64,000 bases of DNA from the NCBI RefSeq assembly GCF_036365525.1, contig NC_090414.1:20173846-20237845 (forward strand), read 5' to 3'. Origin of the DNA: Heterodontus francisci (taxonomy: Eukaryota). Each line of letters opens with the position of its first letter. Position 1 is the first letter of the stretch. The notes beneath the pieces were generated by a model. It ran no database searches and had not been told where the DNA came from. It saw only the letters and a program-made list of their open reading frames with translations. A program made the position numbers and the translations under genes. Positions 50,086 to 62,655 of this stretch are shown in pieces.

Positions 50086-50323
50086 GAACTGCACAACCTT
50101 CAAATAGCAGCAGGGAAAAGATTCCATGGTCTGGACATCCCACATCAAAGTAAAATGTCCCCAGTCACAGCATTTCCCATCTTGCAAATGTAACTAAAGC
50201 AGGGAACATTTTAAACAGGGCATGCTTGCAAGAATAGTACCTTTAATGTAATAAAACATCCCAAGGTGTTCCATAAAACAAAATTTGACAGGCCACATAA
50301 GAATATACAAGAGTGCCTTAAAT

Positions 50324-50640
50324 GAGAGTGGCACAGTGGTTAGCACCGCAGCCTCACAGCTCCAGCGACCTGGGTTCAGTTCTGGGTACTGCCTGTGCGG
50401 AGTTTGCAAGTTCTCCCTGTGACCATGTGGGTTTTCACCGGGTGCTCCTGTTTCCTCCCACAGCCAAAGACTTGCAGTTGATCGGTAAATTGACCATTGT
50501 AAATTGCCCCCAGTGTAGATAGGTGATAGGAAAATGGTGGGGATGTGGTGGGAAATATGGGATTAATATAAATGGGTGGTTGCTGGTCAGCACAGACTCA
50601 GTGGGCTGAAGGGCCTGTTTCAGTGCTGCACCTTTAAATA
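50324..50640 (+). mobile_element. tRNA-derived V-SINE (HE1-like)
   Basis: A box tggcacagtgg, B box ggttcagttc, V-domain gggtgctcc..tttcctcccaca..caaagac, CR1-like tail gggctgaagggcctgtttc. Confidence 0.8.
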
Positions 50641-51469
50641 AAAAATGAATAAATAGAGGCATGGAGGGGTTTAAAGGAAGAAATCCCAGAGCTTGGGACC
50701 TAGGCAACTGAAGGCACAGCCACCAATGGGGGAAGCAATGGGAATTGGGGGAGGTACAAGAGGCTGGAATTGGAGGAATGCAGAGATCTCAGAGGGTTGT
50801 GGGGCTGGAGGTCAGAGATAAGAAGGGGGTGAGGCGAGGAGGCCATGGAGGGATTTGCAAACAAGGATGAGAATTTTAAAATTTGACTATTGCTTGACCA
50901 GGAGCCAGTGTAGGTCAGTGAGCACAGGGGGTGGGGGGATGGGAGGGGGAAAACAGGGCTTGGTACGAGTTACATGGGCAACAGAATTTCAAATGGCTCC
51001 AAATTTACCGAGGATAAAATGTGGGAAACTTTTGCTCAACCAGTTCCAGCTGGCGGATAAACAATGAGTTAATGAAAAGCATGAAGGCAAGGCAAAGACC
51101 CCTGCATTGGCCTCACCCTCCAGCCAGGCCTGCACCCCTGTTAAAATAGACCCCTGTTCTGAAACAGGCGCACCCAGACCCACGTGGCCAGGAGGCCCCC
51201 CCAGGGCGGGCGCGCATGCGCCTCGCCCCCGTTGCCAACAGCAACTGCTCGGCGCCAGCTTTACGCAGGCGCACACCCGGGGTAGCCGTCAACGGACGCT
51301 ACCAACCCGTCGAGTAAATCGGTGATTTAGACAGATCTCCCGCTCCTTGGTTACTGACTTGGGCATTTTATATTCATAGCAGGGCACGCCCGACTGTTAA
51401 TTTGTTCGACCGCCGCTCTCTGCAACCCACTGCGTTCTATCCCTTACCATCTCCGTCCAGTACCCGCAA

Positions 51470-51530
51470 GAGAAAAGACCGGATAGTGCCGCGCCGCCCC
51501 TTTTTATACTGGCACTCAGACAACGAGATG
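51470..51530 (-). promoter_or_regulatory. TATA box and 5'TOP initiator
   Basis: TATAAAAA at 51508-51501, 31 nt before a C-initiated pyrimidine tract at 51477; NRF1-type GCGCATGCGC at ~51212. Confidence 0.75.
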
Positions 51531-52934
51531 TCGGCGCGGCAAGAGGGCACCTCTGCTGTTCTTCAGCGCCCCCTAGTGTCTGGGCAGGCAGCCGCCCCGT
51601 CATTGCTTCATTCAAAGGCACAGCCAACAGCTGGATCCACAATATAACATGTTGAAAGTACTCAGTCAGCATCTCGAAGGAGCAACAACCAGTTCTTCTT
51701 TCCCTGTCTGAAGAAGGATTTTAAACCCCAAGCATTAGCCTGTCTCTGACTTTAAGGGCCTCCCTCTCGAGGATTTGTAATTTATGGTGCTCTGTGCTAC
51801 TACCCAGTAAATGTGCCCTTTCCCTTCTCTGATGTGACTGTGGTATAGCTTCCGAAGCCGAAAGGTGCCCTTTCTCACCGCACCCAGCGGGGGTCAGTCT
51901 CCATGTGATCCAGAGAGAGGGATTGTCAGCTGGCTATTTGGCCACAGTGGGCATCGCAGTCAAGCACAATCCTGTTCCCCCAGCGCATATTTTTCAAAGC
52001 GCCGTCGCTTCTCAAGTGCCAGTCAAGCAAGTCAGAGGTTGCTGCTGTGTTCAGCCCCGCTTTCCTCCCGTACCCCCACATCTGTCCCTCTCCCGGAGGC
52101 AAGGGGGGAAACAATCCCAGAATCCAGGCCGTCACGGCGGGATGGCGCCCTGAGGCCTCCTGCTGCACTGTGCTGCTCTGGAGAAACTTGCAAAGGGCAA
52201 AGCTGCGCAGTCGGGGAGGGCGCTCACACATTGGCAGCTGAAGGGAGTGAGGGGCTTTTCTCCTATCATGGAGTGACCCCCCCCTCCCCCACCTTGCGGG
52301 TGTGGCTGAATGCTGGTGGGCCTCAGTTTCTGTCCCTGCGGGGCGGACGGTCACTTTTCCAGGCTCATTGGCCTCAGTTGCTGTGCTTCATACACATCAG
52401 GGCGCTTCCCCCCCATGCCGAATAGCTGCCGCCATGCACTGTCTGGAAGAGATGCTAAAGGGCAACCAGTACCTGCAGAACCGTTCCCCAACACCTGCTG
52501 GGGTGGGATGGGGAGGAAAATGTCCCAGCCGGATACATCCCGGCCCTGTATCCTTGCTTACCTTGCTTCAAAGGGGAAACCAGTTGGGTTCGGGACAATG
52601 TTGACCAACTCATCAGGTTTGAGAGCTCCCACTGGCATTGCCGCTGCAGCTGTAATCACCTTTTGGGAACTGTTGCTGGTTCAGACTTGATCCTGACATA
52701 GCCCTGGGGTGCACAGTGTAACACATAGGGTCTCGAACTGGGGTACTCAGTGCCCGGGGTTGTGGGATAGTGGGGGTGCTGGGGGGGTGCTCTTCCACAG
52801 ATAATCAGATCGCCAGATCTCTCATACATAACTTTCTAACTAATGATCTCTCTACATTAATATTAACATTTTCTGTATTCATTCCATTTCCCTGGTAGCT
52901 GTTATCATTCTTTGGAGGTCAGGACACGGGTGGT

Positions 52935-53778
52935 CCCCGGGGAGTGTGTCAGTGTTTACAGGGGGTCTCGGGGAGTATGTCAGTATTTACAGGGGGGTCC
53001 CGGGGGGAGTGTGTCAATATTTACAGGGGGGTCCTGGGGGAGTGTGTCAGTATTTACAGGGGGGGGGGTCCCGGGGGAGTGTGTCAGTATTTACAGGGGG
53101 GGGGCCGGGGGAGTGTGTCAGTATTTACAGGGGGGTTCCTGGGGGAGTGTGTCAGTATTTACAGGGGGGGGTCCCGGGGGAGTGTGTCAGTAATTACAGG
53201 GGGTCCCCGGGGGAGTGTGTCAGTATTTACAGAGGGGTCCCGGGGGAGTGTGTCAGTATTTACAGGGGGGTTCCCGGGGGAGTGTGTCAGTATTTACAGG
53301 GGGGTCCCGGGGAGTGTGTCAGTATTTACAGGGGGCTCCCGGGGGAGTGTGTCAGTATTTACAGGGGGTCCCGGGGGAGTGTGTCAGTATTTACAGGGGG
53401 GGGTCCCGGGGGAGTGTGTCAGTATTTACAAGGGGGGGTCCCGGGGGAGTGTGTCAGTATTTACAGGGGGGGGTCCCGGGGGAGTGTGTCAGTATTTACA
53501 AGGGGGGGTCCCGGGGGAGTGTGTCAGTATTTACAGGGGGGGGTCCCGGGTGAGTGTGTCAGTATTTACAGGGGACGGTCCCGGGGGAGTGTGTCAGTAT
53601 TTACAGGGGGGTCCTAGGGGAGTGTGTCAGTATTTACAGGGGGGGGTCCCAGGGGAGTGTGTCAGTATTTACAGGGGGGTCCCAGGGGAGTGTGTCAGTA
53701 TTTACAGGGGGGTCCCAGGGGAGTGTGTCAGTATTTACAGGGGGGGTCCCAGGGGAGTGTGTCAGTATTTACAGGGGT
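52935..53778. repeat. ~31-33-bp G-rich minisatellite
   Basis: Unit ggggagtgtgtcagtatttacaggggggtccc with variable G-run length. Confidence 0.97.
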
Positions 53779-55049
53779 AGGGGGGCCCAAACAGAAAAGT
53801 ATGAAAACCATGATCTAAATCCTCGTAAAAACTATCTTTAAATCATTTCCTTTTTGTAAAGCCGTCGAAGAGTGTGGGTTGAGTCCATCAGAACAAACAG
53901 GTTTTCTGTCTGCAGTTCCGTCCTCTCCAATGGATGCCAACCTATAAGAATTATAGGGCTCAGGCACTCCGGGACAGGAAGTGGCAGCGGGCTATTTGAC
54001 CATGGGAGGCATCGCAGCTGAGACCAATCTTCTCCTCATTTGACTTCCAAACACACACACGCACACCACAGACACAAGCTATCCCACCGTACCTCAGAGA
54101 AGCAGCCATCAGCCGCACAAGAGCAGGAACAGGAGCTGATACGGCCCAGGCGTGTGTACACCAAGTCTGGTATACGTCCGGCTGCGGTCGCCAGACTCAA
54201 CCCAGACCAGAGGACCTTCTTGGCCTACGTTGACCCTGAGCTGTGTTTCCCACCCCCACATCCTCTCCATCACCAAAACTGCCTACTTCCTCCTCCGTCA
54301 CATCGCCCGTCTCCGCCCCTGCCTCAGCTTATCGGCCGCTGAAACCCTCATCCGTGCCTTTGTCACCTCCCGGCTTGACTATACCAATGCACTGCTGGCC
54401 ACCCTACCCTACTCCACCCCACTTAAGCCTGAGCACATCCAAAACTCTGCCTCCAGTATCCTAACTCACACTATGCCCCGTTCACCCATCACCCCCCTGT
54501 GTACGCTGACCTACACTGGCTCCCGGTCTGGCAACACCTCCGTTTTACAATTCTCATCCCTCAAATCCCTCTGCGGCCTGGAGTCTCCCCATCTCTGTCA
54601 CCTCCTCCAGCCCCCACAACCCTCCGAGATCTCTGCGCTCCCTCCAATTCCGCCCCCTTGACCATCGCCCGATTCCCCATCGCTCCACCATTGGCAGCCG
54701 TGCCTTCAGCTGGCTGGGGGGGGGGGGGCCCTGAGCTCTAAGTTTTGTACATTAAAGGCACTAGACAAATGCAAGCTGCTTGTTGAATTGTGCCTGTGGG
54801 CCCTGGTCTCACCGCTGTCTGACCCAGCTTCTCCTGCAGATCGCACTCGGTCTCGACCCGCTGCTTACAAAGGCCGGAATGTCGTAGAGTTAAAAAAAAA
54901 CAGATCGCGCCAACGTGAGCAGAGAACAGAGCCAGGGTTGGAAAGAGCAACTGGCTGTTTTATTGGAGTGAAAGGGATTCCTTTAAACCTCTGCGAGGTT
55001 TCCACCCAAGTCCTGTTTCCGTGCCTGTTTAAAACGGTGACTCCCGGTC

Positions 55050-55178
55050 TTATAAAAGGGCGCAGAAGAACTTCTTCTCCCGGAATGGGTTCTCCGAGGT
55101 GGGCACAGGGCTGATGAGAGGGTCCTCGCAGGCATGGGCATCACAGTAAGCCATCAGGTCAGCTGCAGCCTTTGAAAC
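55050..55178 (-). CDS. gng3: G protein gamma-3, second coding exon (CaaX motif CALL)
   Basis: gcag|[42 protein letters not shown]; AATAAA at ~54959-54964. Confidence 0.96.
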   Translation of the reverse strand, partial: VSKAAADLMAYCDAHACEDPLISPVPTSENPFREKKFFCALL

Positions 55179-55356
55179 CTGCCGAAAGGTGGAGGAGGGG
55201 TAGGGAGGGGAAGGGAGGGGTGGGGAGAGTTGGTGGGGGGGGGGGGTGGTTATTGGAGGAAAGGAAGAAGACAGCATTTATCACATCCGCCCAAACTGAA
55301 AGGAAGAACTATCACTCAGGTTTTTCCCGACAGATTTAAAGGGGAGTGTTACGCAC

Positions 55357-55458
55357 CTTTATCCGATACATGCTGGCCTCGATTTTCAACTGCTCCACTA
55401 GTTTCCTGGCCTGCGCTATGCTCATTGTGCTGTTTACAGGCGTATCTCCTTTAGGCAT
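55357..55458 (-). CDS. gng3: G protein gamma-3, first coding exon
   Basis: ctacag|aagc ATG: MPKGDTPVNSTMSIAQARKLVEQLKIEASMYRIK|gtgcgt; 76-aa product in total. Confidence 0.95.
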
Positions 55459-58400
55459 GCTTCTGTAGGGTAGAAATGATAGCGGTCAACTTTCGCGCCC
55501 GTCTCGGACGGTGGGTGGCGGCGGGCTATTCGACCACCGCAGGCGTCGCAGCCCGGACCTTCCCCACAAAGCCGTGCTTCCCGGCGGGCGCCACTGTGCG
55601 AGTCACTCTCCATCCCCCCTCAAACAAAAAAGGCCATGACGTCAAGTGCAAGACCCAAAATCATCGGACCGGGACGAGGCCACTCAGCCCCTCGAGCCTA
55701 TTCCGCCATTCAACCAGATCGCGGCTGATCTGTATCTTAACTCCATCTACCCGCCTTAAGGGCTCTGTAACTTTTAATCCCCATGACCCAGCACAAATCT
55801 ATCAATCTCAGCTTTCTGGTGGAAGAGGGAGTTCCAGATTTCCGCTCCCCTTTGACTGAACCAGTGTTTCCCAACATCACCCCTGAACGGCCTGGCTATA
55901 ATTTTAAGTTTCTTCCCCCTTGTTCTGGTCGGAAACCCCCCACCAGAGGAAATAGCTTCTCCCTATGAGGAGGACCTAACCACTGACGGACTGAACTTGG
56001 CACAGACCAAGAATGGACCCGAGGGGGGGGGATCTTCCTGCTCTGTACAGCTCCAACCCACAGCAGAACGGGGCAGTTACTCTCCCGGCCAGAGCGGGGG
56101 GCTATACGCGGAGGATTCAACTCATTGATAAAGTGGTAATGGCCGGGATGATGGCAACATTGGGTTGCCAACTCCAGTTGGATGTATTCCTGGAGCTTTC
56201 AGTCCCGTGGGTGGTTGGGGGAGAGGGGGGGGGGGGTGGCGGGGGAACGTGTGGGGGAGGTCGTACCGCGAACACTCATCCCATTGACAAGGCCTCATTG
56301 TCTCTCAAATGCAGTTGCCAATGGCCCATCGCTCATCGCCACAACCTTCAGAGTTGCCAAGTCTCCAGGACGAGAATGGACACAGTTGGCGACCAATGGC
56401 GGGAGTGGATGGGAGGTGGGGGAAGGGATTGCGTTGGCGGCCGGAGGTCACGTGATGGAAACCTCCTCGGGTTTGGCAACCGCGTACGGCGGCGAGCATC
56501 GCAAAGGGGGCACCCCTCCTCCCACTCGCGCAGCTGACGCCCGACCCGAACCAGGGGCTCAGGTCTGTTGTGCATCAAAGGGTCGGGGTGCGCCTCCCCC
56601 AGTCAAGTGTGCGCAGAGGTGAAGCCTACAGCAGTTCAATAGCTGGAGCCACACCAAGCCACCAGTCCTCGGAGTACAGCCTATATCTGGGCTAAACCCC
56701 CACGGTGGGGACTCTGGAACAGAGGGCACTCTCGAACCCGCATTCTGGCGCACTGCCCTCTCCACCTCTGCCTTTGCCTTACATTGATCAGTAATTTATC
56801 GAGCCTCTCGACACGTTCGATAACACCCTGTGTCCCTTAACCTCACACCTCCACTCCCCCCCAACATGCACACACACATGTGCTGTCCAGCACCCTCCCC
56901 AGCCATTGGGGAACGCAGTCAGACTCCATCTCAGTGCCCCCTTCCCTTCCCTTCCCGATCTCCACCTCCCCCACAACCTCGCTGGCCGATATGCATCCCT
57001 GTTCGACAACCGGACATTAATTCGAAAGCAGCAACCCAGGGGATGGTCGGCCACACAGATGAGGGAGGGGCTCACCCCCCCACCACCTCCCCCCCCCCCC
57101 CTTTACTCTCCCGCACCGGCCGTTAACGAGAGACCGTTTCAATTCCACCTCCGAAATAACTGGATGAAAATGCACCCACCTCCAGACGGTAACACGGAGA
57201 GGGAGAGGCGGACGAGGGAGGGGTGGGCTGATATAGTGATGGATGGCCGAGGTAGTTCGACAGAGCTGGCAAGGCACTGACTGCCTCTGTCTCACACAGG
57301 AAGGATCTTCTGCCTTCTGCTGCAGCAGCCCCACTGGCACCAGAGAAAAGGAGAAGGCTTTTCAGCTCAGCTCGAGCTGGGCTTGCCTCTTTCAAATGGG
57401 TGATGATGGTGGGGAAGATTAAGGCATTGATTATATTGTCTTGCTGTGGGGAGGACTGCTCTCTGCTCCTTCTGTGCTGCAGGCTGCTCCTGCACAAGAA
57501 GCGAATAAATTCTGCGGAAGAAACCTTTTCTTCGTACCTGCGGGGGTGAATGCATTGCAATAGAAGGGGCATTTTGGCTTGTCCCAAATCACACAGAAAG
57601 GCAGGGGTTGGGGGAGGGAATGGGGGAGGGAATCCAGCCCATAATACTCAGCAGCCTGACTGGAAGGAATGAAAAGGCGGAATGCCATGCCCGTTTAATT
57701 CAATCTCACGCTGTGGTACAGAATGCTGTCTCATTCTCACACAGACAGCGTGTGTCCTGGCCCTCCCCCCCAATCTTGGGAGCCGGGAGGATAAAGAGAG
57801 AATGGGGACCCCCCCCCCCCCCTCCCCACTCTGCCACCTGAGGGTCAGATGGGGAGGGGAGTGGATGGCACCCCCGCACCCGCCAGCCACCACCACCCCG
57901 AGTTCTGCGCGGAGCGGACGTGGCTTTGAACCGCGCCCGCCCCTCTCGATGGTGACTCTTGGTCCAGGCGTGGCATTGGGGAGTAGAGTCACAGCTGAGC
58001 GCCAGAGCCGCCCGGGTTTGGGGTGGGGGAGGGGGGGGGGGTAAATGCCCGTGAAGAGGGGGACGCCGATCCAGCGATTACTCCTGGCAGGGGCGCGCAG
58101 GCGAGTGTGCGAGGGCCAAACTGGCGCGCGATGCCCCCTACAGTCGAATATACGAGTTGACTTTCCCCAGAACCGGGTGGTGGAGGGCACTGCCAGTGCC
58201 GGTAACTGTACAGCTACCCTTCAGGGGAGGGGGGATTAATTTAGTCCCACTTCCCTGTGCCTCAGGACCACAATGACGGATTGCAGATACCCAGTCAGTG
58301 CTTTCAACTGAAGTGACAATTCTGCTTGACCCATGGACGGACCTTGCTGCACAACATTGCGGTCAAGCGCGGCTCACAGACTGACCGATATCCTCCGGGG

Positions 58401-58609
58401 CAGTCGCTTTCCCAGAATCCGCCCTGTGATGCCAATGCTCAGTCCCTGGATTCTCACAGATCCTCAACTATTCAGCTCTTTCCATCTTCAAGTATATTAA
58501 CGGAAGGCCATGTGAGTGGCTTGGACTCACAAAGTGCGTGAATAATCAGGACTCACTCGCTACCACGCAAACTTCAAAGCAACCCTGCAGAATCTGAGCC
58601 AAAGGCAGT

Positions 58610-61600
58610 GTACGGACACTGTTTATTCAGCAGGCTGAGGATTACTCACTGTGTAACTGTACAGAGTCACTGTTTATTCAGCAGGGTAAGGATCACTCAC
58701 TGTGTAACTGTACAGAGTCACTGTTTATTCAGCAGGCTAAGGATCACTCACTGTGTAACTGTACAGAGTCACTGTTTATTCAGCAGGGTAAGGATCACTC
58801 ACTGTGTAACTGTACAGAGTCACTGTTTATTCAGCAGGGTGAGGACCACTCACTGTGTAACTGTACAGAGTCACTGTTTATTCAACAGGGTAAGGATCAC
58901 TCACTGTGTAACTGTACAGAGTCACTGTTTATTCAGCAGGGTAAGGATCACTCACTGTGTAACTGTACAGAGTCACTGTTTATTCAGGGTAAGGATCACT
59001 CACTGTGTAACTGTACAGAGTCACTGTTTATTCAGGGTGAGGATCACTCACTGTGTAACTGTACAGAGTCACTGTTTATTCAGCAGGCTGAGGATTACTC
59101 ACTGTGTAACTGTACAGAGTCACTGTTTATTCAGCAGGGTAAGGATCACTCACTGTGTAACTGTACAGAGTCACTGTTTATTCAGCAGGGTAAGGATCAC
59201 TCACTGTGTAACTGTACAGAGTCACTGTTTATTCAGCAGGGTGAGGATCACTCACTGTGTAACTGTACAGAGTCACTGTTTATTCAGCAGGCTGAGGATC
59301 ACTCACTGTGTAACTGTACAGAGTCACTGTTTATTCAGCAGGGTAAGGATCACTCACTGTGTAACTGTACATAGTCACTGTTTATTCAGCAGGGTGAGGA
59401 TCACTCACTGTGTAACTGTACAGAGTCACTGTTTATTCAGCAGGCTGAGGATCACTCACTGTGTAACTGTACAGAGTCACTGTTTATTCAGCAGGGTAAG
59501 GATCACTCACTGTGTAACTGTACATAGTCACTGTTTATTCAGCAGGGTAAGGATCACTCACTGTGTAACTGTACAGAGTCACTGTTTATTCAGGGTGAGG
59601 GTCACTCACTGTGTAACTGTACAGAGTCACTGTTTATTCAGCAGGGCAAGGATCACTCACTGTGTAACTGTACAGAGTCACTGTTTATTCAGCAGGGTAA
59701 GGATCACACACTGTGTAACTGTACAGAGTCACTGTTTATTCAGCAGGGTAAGGATCACTCACTGTGTAACTGTACATAGTCACTGTTTATTCAGCAGGGC
59801 AAGGATCACTCACTGTGTAACTGTACAGAGTCACTGTTTATTCAGCAGGGTAAGGATCACACACTGTGTAACTGTACAGAGTCACTGTTTATTCAGCAGG
59901 GTAAGGATCACTCACTGTGTAACTGTACAGAGTCACTGTTTATTCAGCAGGGTGAGGATCACTCACTGTGTAACTGTACAGAGTCACTGTTTATTCAGCA
60001 GGGTAAGGATCACTCACTGTGTAACTGTACAGAGTCACTGTTTATTCAGCAGGATAAGGATCACTCACTGTGTAACTGTACAGAGTCACTGTTTATTCAA
60101 CAGGGTAAGGATCACTCACTGTGTAACTGTACAGAGTCACTGTTTATTCAGCAGGGTAAGGATCACTCACTGTGTAACTGTACAGAGTCACTGTTTATTC
60201 AACAGGGTAAGGATCACTCACTGTGTAACTGTACAGAGTCACTGTTTATTCAGGGTGAGGATCACTCACTGTGTAACTGTACAGAGTCACTGTTTATTCA
60301 GCAGGCTGAGGATCACTCACTGTGTAACTGTACAGAGTCACTGTTTATTCAGCAGGGTAAGGATCACTCACTGTGTAACTGTACAGAGTCACTGTTTATT
60401 CAGCAGGGTAAGGATCACTCACTGTGTAACTGTACAGAGTCACTGTTTATTCAGCAGGGTAAGGATCACTCACTGTGTAACTGTACAGAGTCACTGTTTA
60501 TTCAGGGTGAGGATCACTCACTGTGTAACTGTACAGAGTCACTGTTTATTCAACAGGGTGAGGATCACTCACTGTGTAACTGTACAGAGTCACTGTTTAT
60601 TCAGCAGGGTGAGGATCACTCACTGTGTAACTGTACAGAGTCACTGTTTATTCAGCAGGGTAAGGATCACTCACTGTGTAACTGTACAGAGTCACTGTTT
60701 ATTCAGCAGGGTAAGGATCACTCACTGTGTAACTGTACAGAGTCACTGTTTATTCAGCAGGGTAAGGATCACACACTGTGTAACTGTACAGAGTCACTGT
60801 TTATTCAGCAGGGTAAGGATCACTCACTGTGTAACTGTACATAGTCACTGTTTATTCAGCAGGGCAAGGATCACTCACTGTGTAACTGTACAGAGTCACT
60901 GTTTATTCAGCAGGGTAAGGATCACACACTGTGTAACTGTACAGAGTCACTGTTTATTCAGCAGGGTAAGGATCACTCACTGTGTAACTGTACAGAGTCA
61001 CTGTTTATTCAGCAGGGTGAGGATCACTCACTGTGTAACTGTACAGAGTCACTGTTTATTCAGCAGGGTAAGGATCACTCACTGTGTAACTGTACAGAGT
61101 CACTGTTTATTCAGCAGGATAAGGATCACTCACTGTGTAACTGTACAGAGTCACTGTTTATTCAACAGGGTAAGGATCACTCACTGTGTAACTGTACAGA
61201 GTCACTGTTTATTCAGCAGGGTAAGGATCACTCACTGTGTAACTGTACAGAGTCACTGTTTATTCAACAGGGTAAGGATCACTCACTGTGTAACTGTACA
61301 GAGTCACTGTTTATTCAGGGTGAGGATCACTCACTGTGTAACTGTACAGAGTCACTGTTTATTCAGCAGGGTAAGGATCACTCACTGTGTAACTGTACAG
61401 AGTCACTGTTTATTCAGGGTGAGGATCACTCACTGTGTAACTGTACAGAGTCACTGTTTATTCAGCAGGCTGAGGATCACTCACTGTGTAACTGTACAGA
61501 GTCACTGTTTATTCAGCAGGGTAAGGATCACTCACTGTGTAACTGTACAGAGTCACTGTTTATTCAGCAGGGTAAGGATCACTCACTGTGTAACTGTACA

Positions 61601-62655
61601 GAGTCACTGTTTATTCAGCAGGGTAAGGATCACTCACTGTGTAACTGTACAGAGTCACTGTTTATTCAGGGTGAGGATCACTCACTGTGTAACTGTACAG
61701 AGTCACTGTTTATTCAACAGGCTGAGGATCACTCACTGTGTAACTGTACAGAGTCACTGTTTATTCAGCAGGGTGAGGATCACTCACTGTGTAACTGTAC
61801 AGAGTCACTGTTTATTCAGCAGGGTAAGGATCACTCACTGTGTAACTGTACAGAGTCACTGTTTATTCAGCAGGGTAAGGATCACTCACTGTGTAACTGT
61901 ACAGAGTCACTGTTTATTCAGGGTGATGGTCACTCACTGTGTAACTGTACAGAGTCACTGTTTATTCAGGGTAAGGGTCACTCACTGTGTAACTGTACAG
62001 AGTCATTGTTTATTCAGGGTAAGGATCACTCACTGTGTAACTGTACAGAGTCACTGTTTATTCAGCAGGGTAAGGATCACTCACTGTGTAACTGTACAGA
62101 GTCACTGTTTATTCAACAGGGTAAGGATCACTCACTGTGTAACTGTACAGAGTCACTGTTTATTCAGGGTGATGGTCACTCACTGTGTAACTGTACAGAG
62201 TCACTGTTTATTCAGGGTAAGGGTCACTCACTGTGTAACTGTACAGAGTCACTGTTTATTCAGGGTGATGGTCACTCACTGTGTAACTGTACAGAGTCAC
62301 TGTTTATTCAGCAGGGTGAGGATCACTCACTGTGTAACTGTACAGAGTCACTGTTTATTCAGCAGGATAAGGATCACTCACTGTGTAACTGTACAGAGTC
62401 ACTGTTTATTCAGCAGGTTAAGGATCACTCACTGTTTAACTGTACAGAGTCACTGTTTATTCACCAGGATAAGGATCACTCACTGTGTAACTGTACAGAG
62501 TCACTGTTTATTCAGCAGGATAAGGATCACTCACTGTTTAACTGTACAGAGTCACTGTTTATTCAGCAGGGTAAGGATCACTCACTGTGTAACTGTACAG
62601 AGTCACTGTTTATTCAGCAGGATAAGGATCACTCACTGTGTAACTGTACAGAGTA
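58610..62655. repeat. 48/45-bp tandem satellite (~85 copies)
   Basis: Unit cactgtttattcagcagggtaaggatcactcactgtgtaactgtacagagt; the 45-bp variants lack one cag. Confidence 0.98.

Larger units (their letters stand above)
47050..51477 (-). ncRNA. Putative 5'TOP snoRNA host transcript (probably non-coding)
   Basis: Exon 1 51448-51477 (CTTTTCTCTT...ATG|gtaag), candidate exon 49793-49878, last acceptor at 47578 and AATAAA at ~47073-47078; both snoRNAs fall in introns. Confidence 0.6.

Noticed and set aside
50324-50400. tRNA gene
   Set aside because: The A and B boxes belong to a SINE head; there is no complete cloverleaf and it continues into the V-domain.
57280-57537. Exon-like segment with faint resemblance to C11orf98 (IITHLKEASPARA)
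   Set aside because: The similarity is too weak to support; it may be a GNG3 5' UTR exon, but the donor site is uncertain.
58610-62655. RSS heptamer CACAGTG in every satellite unit
   Set aside because: No ACAAAAACC-like nonamer at 12- or 23-nt spacing and no V/J segments nearby.
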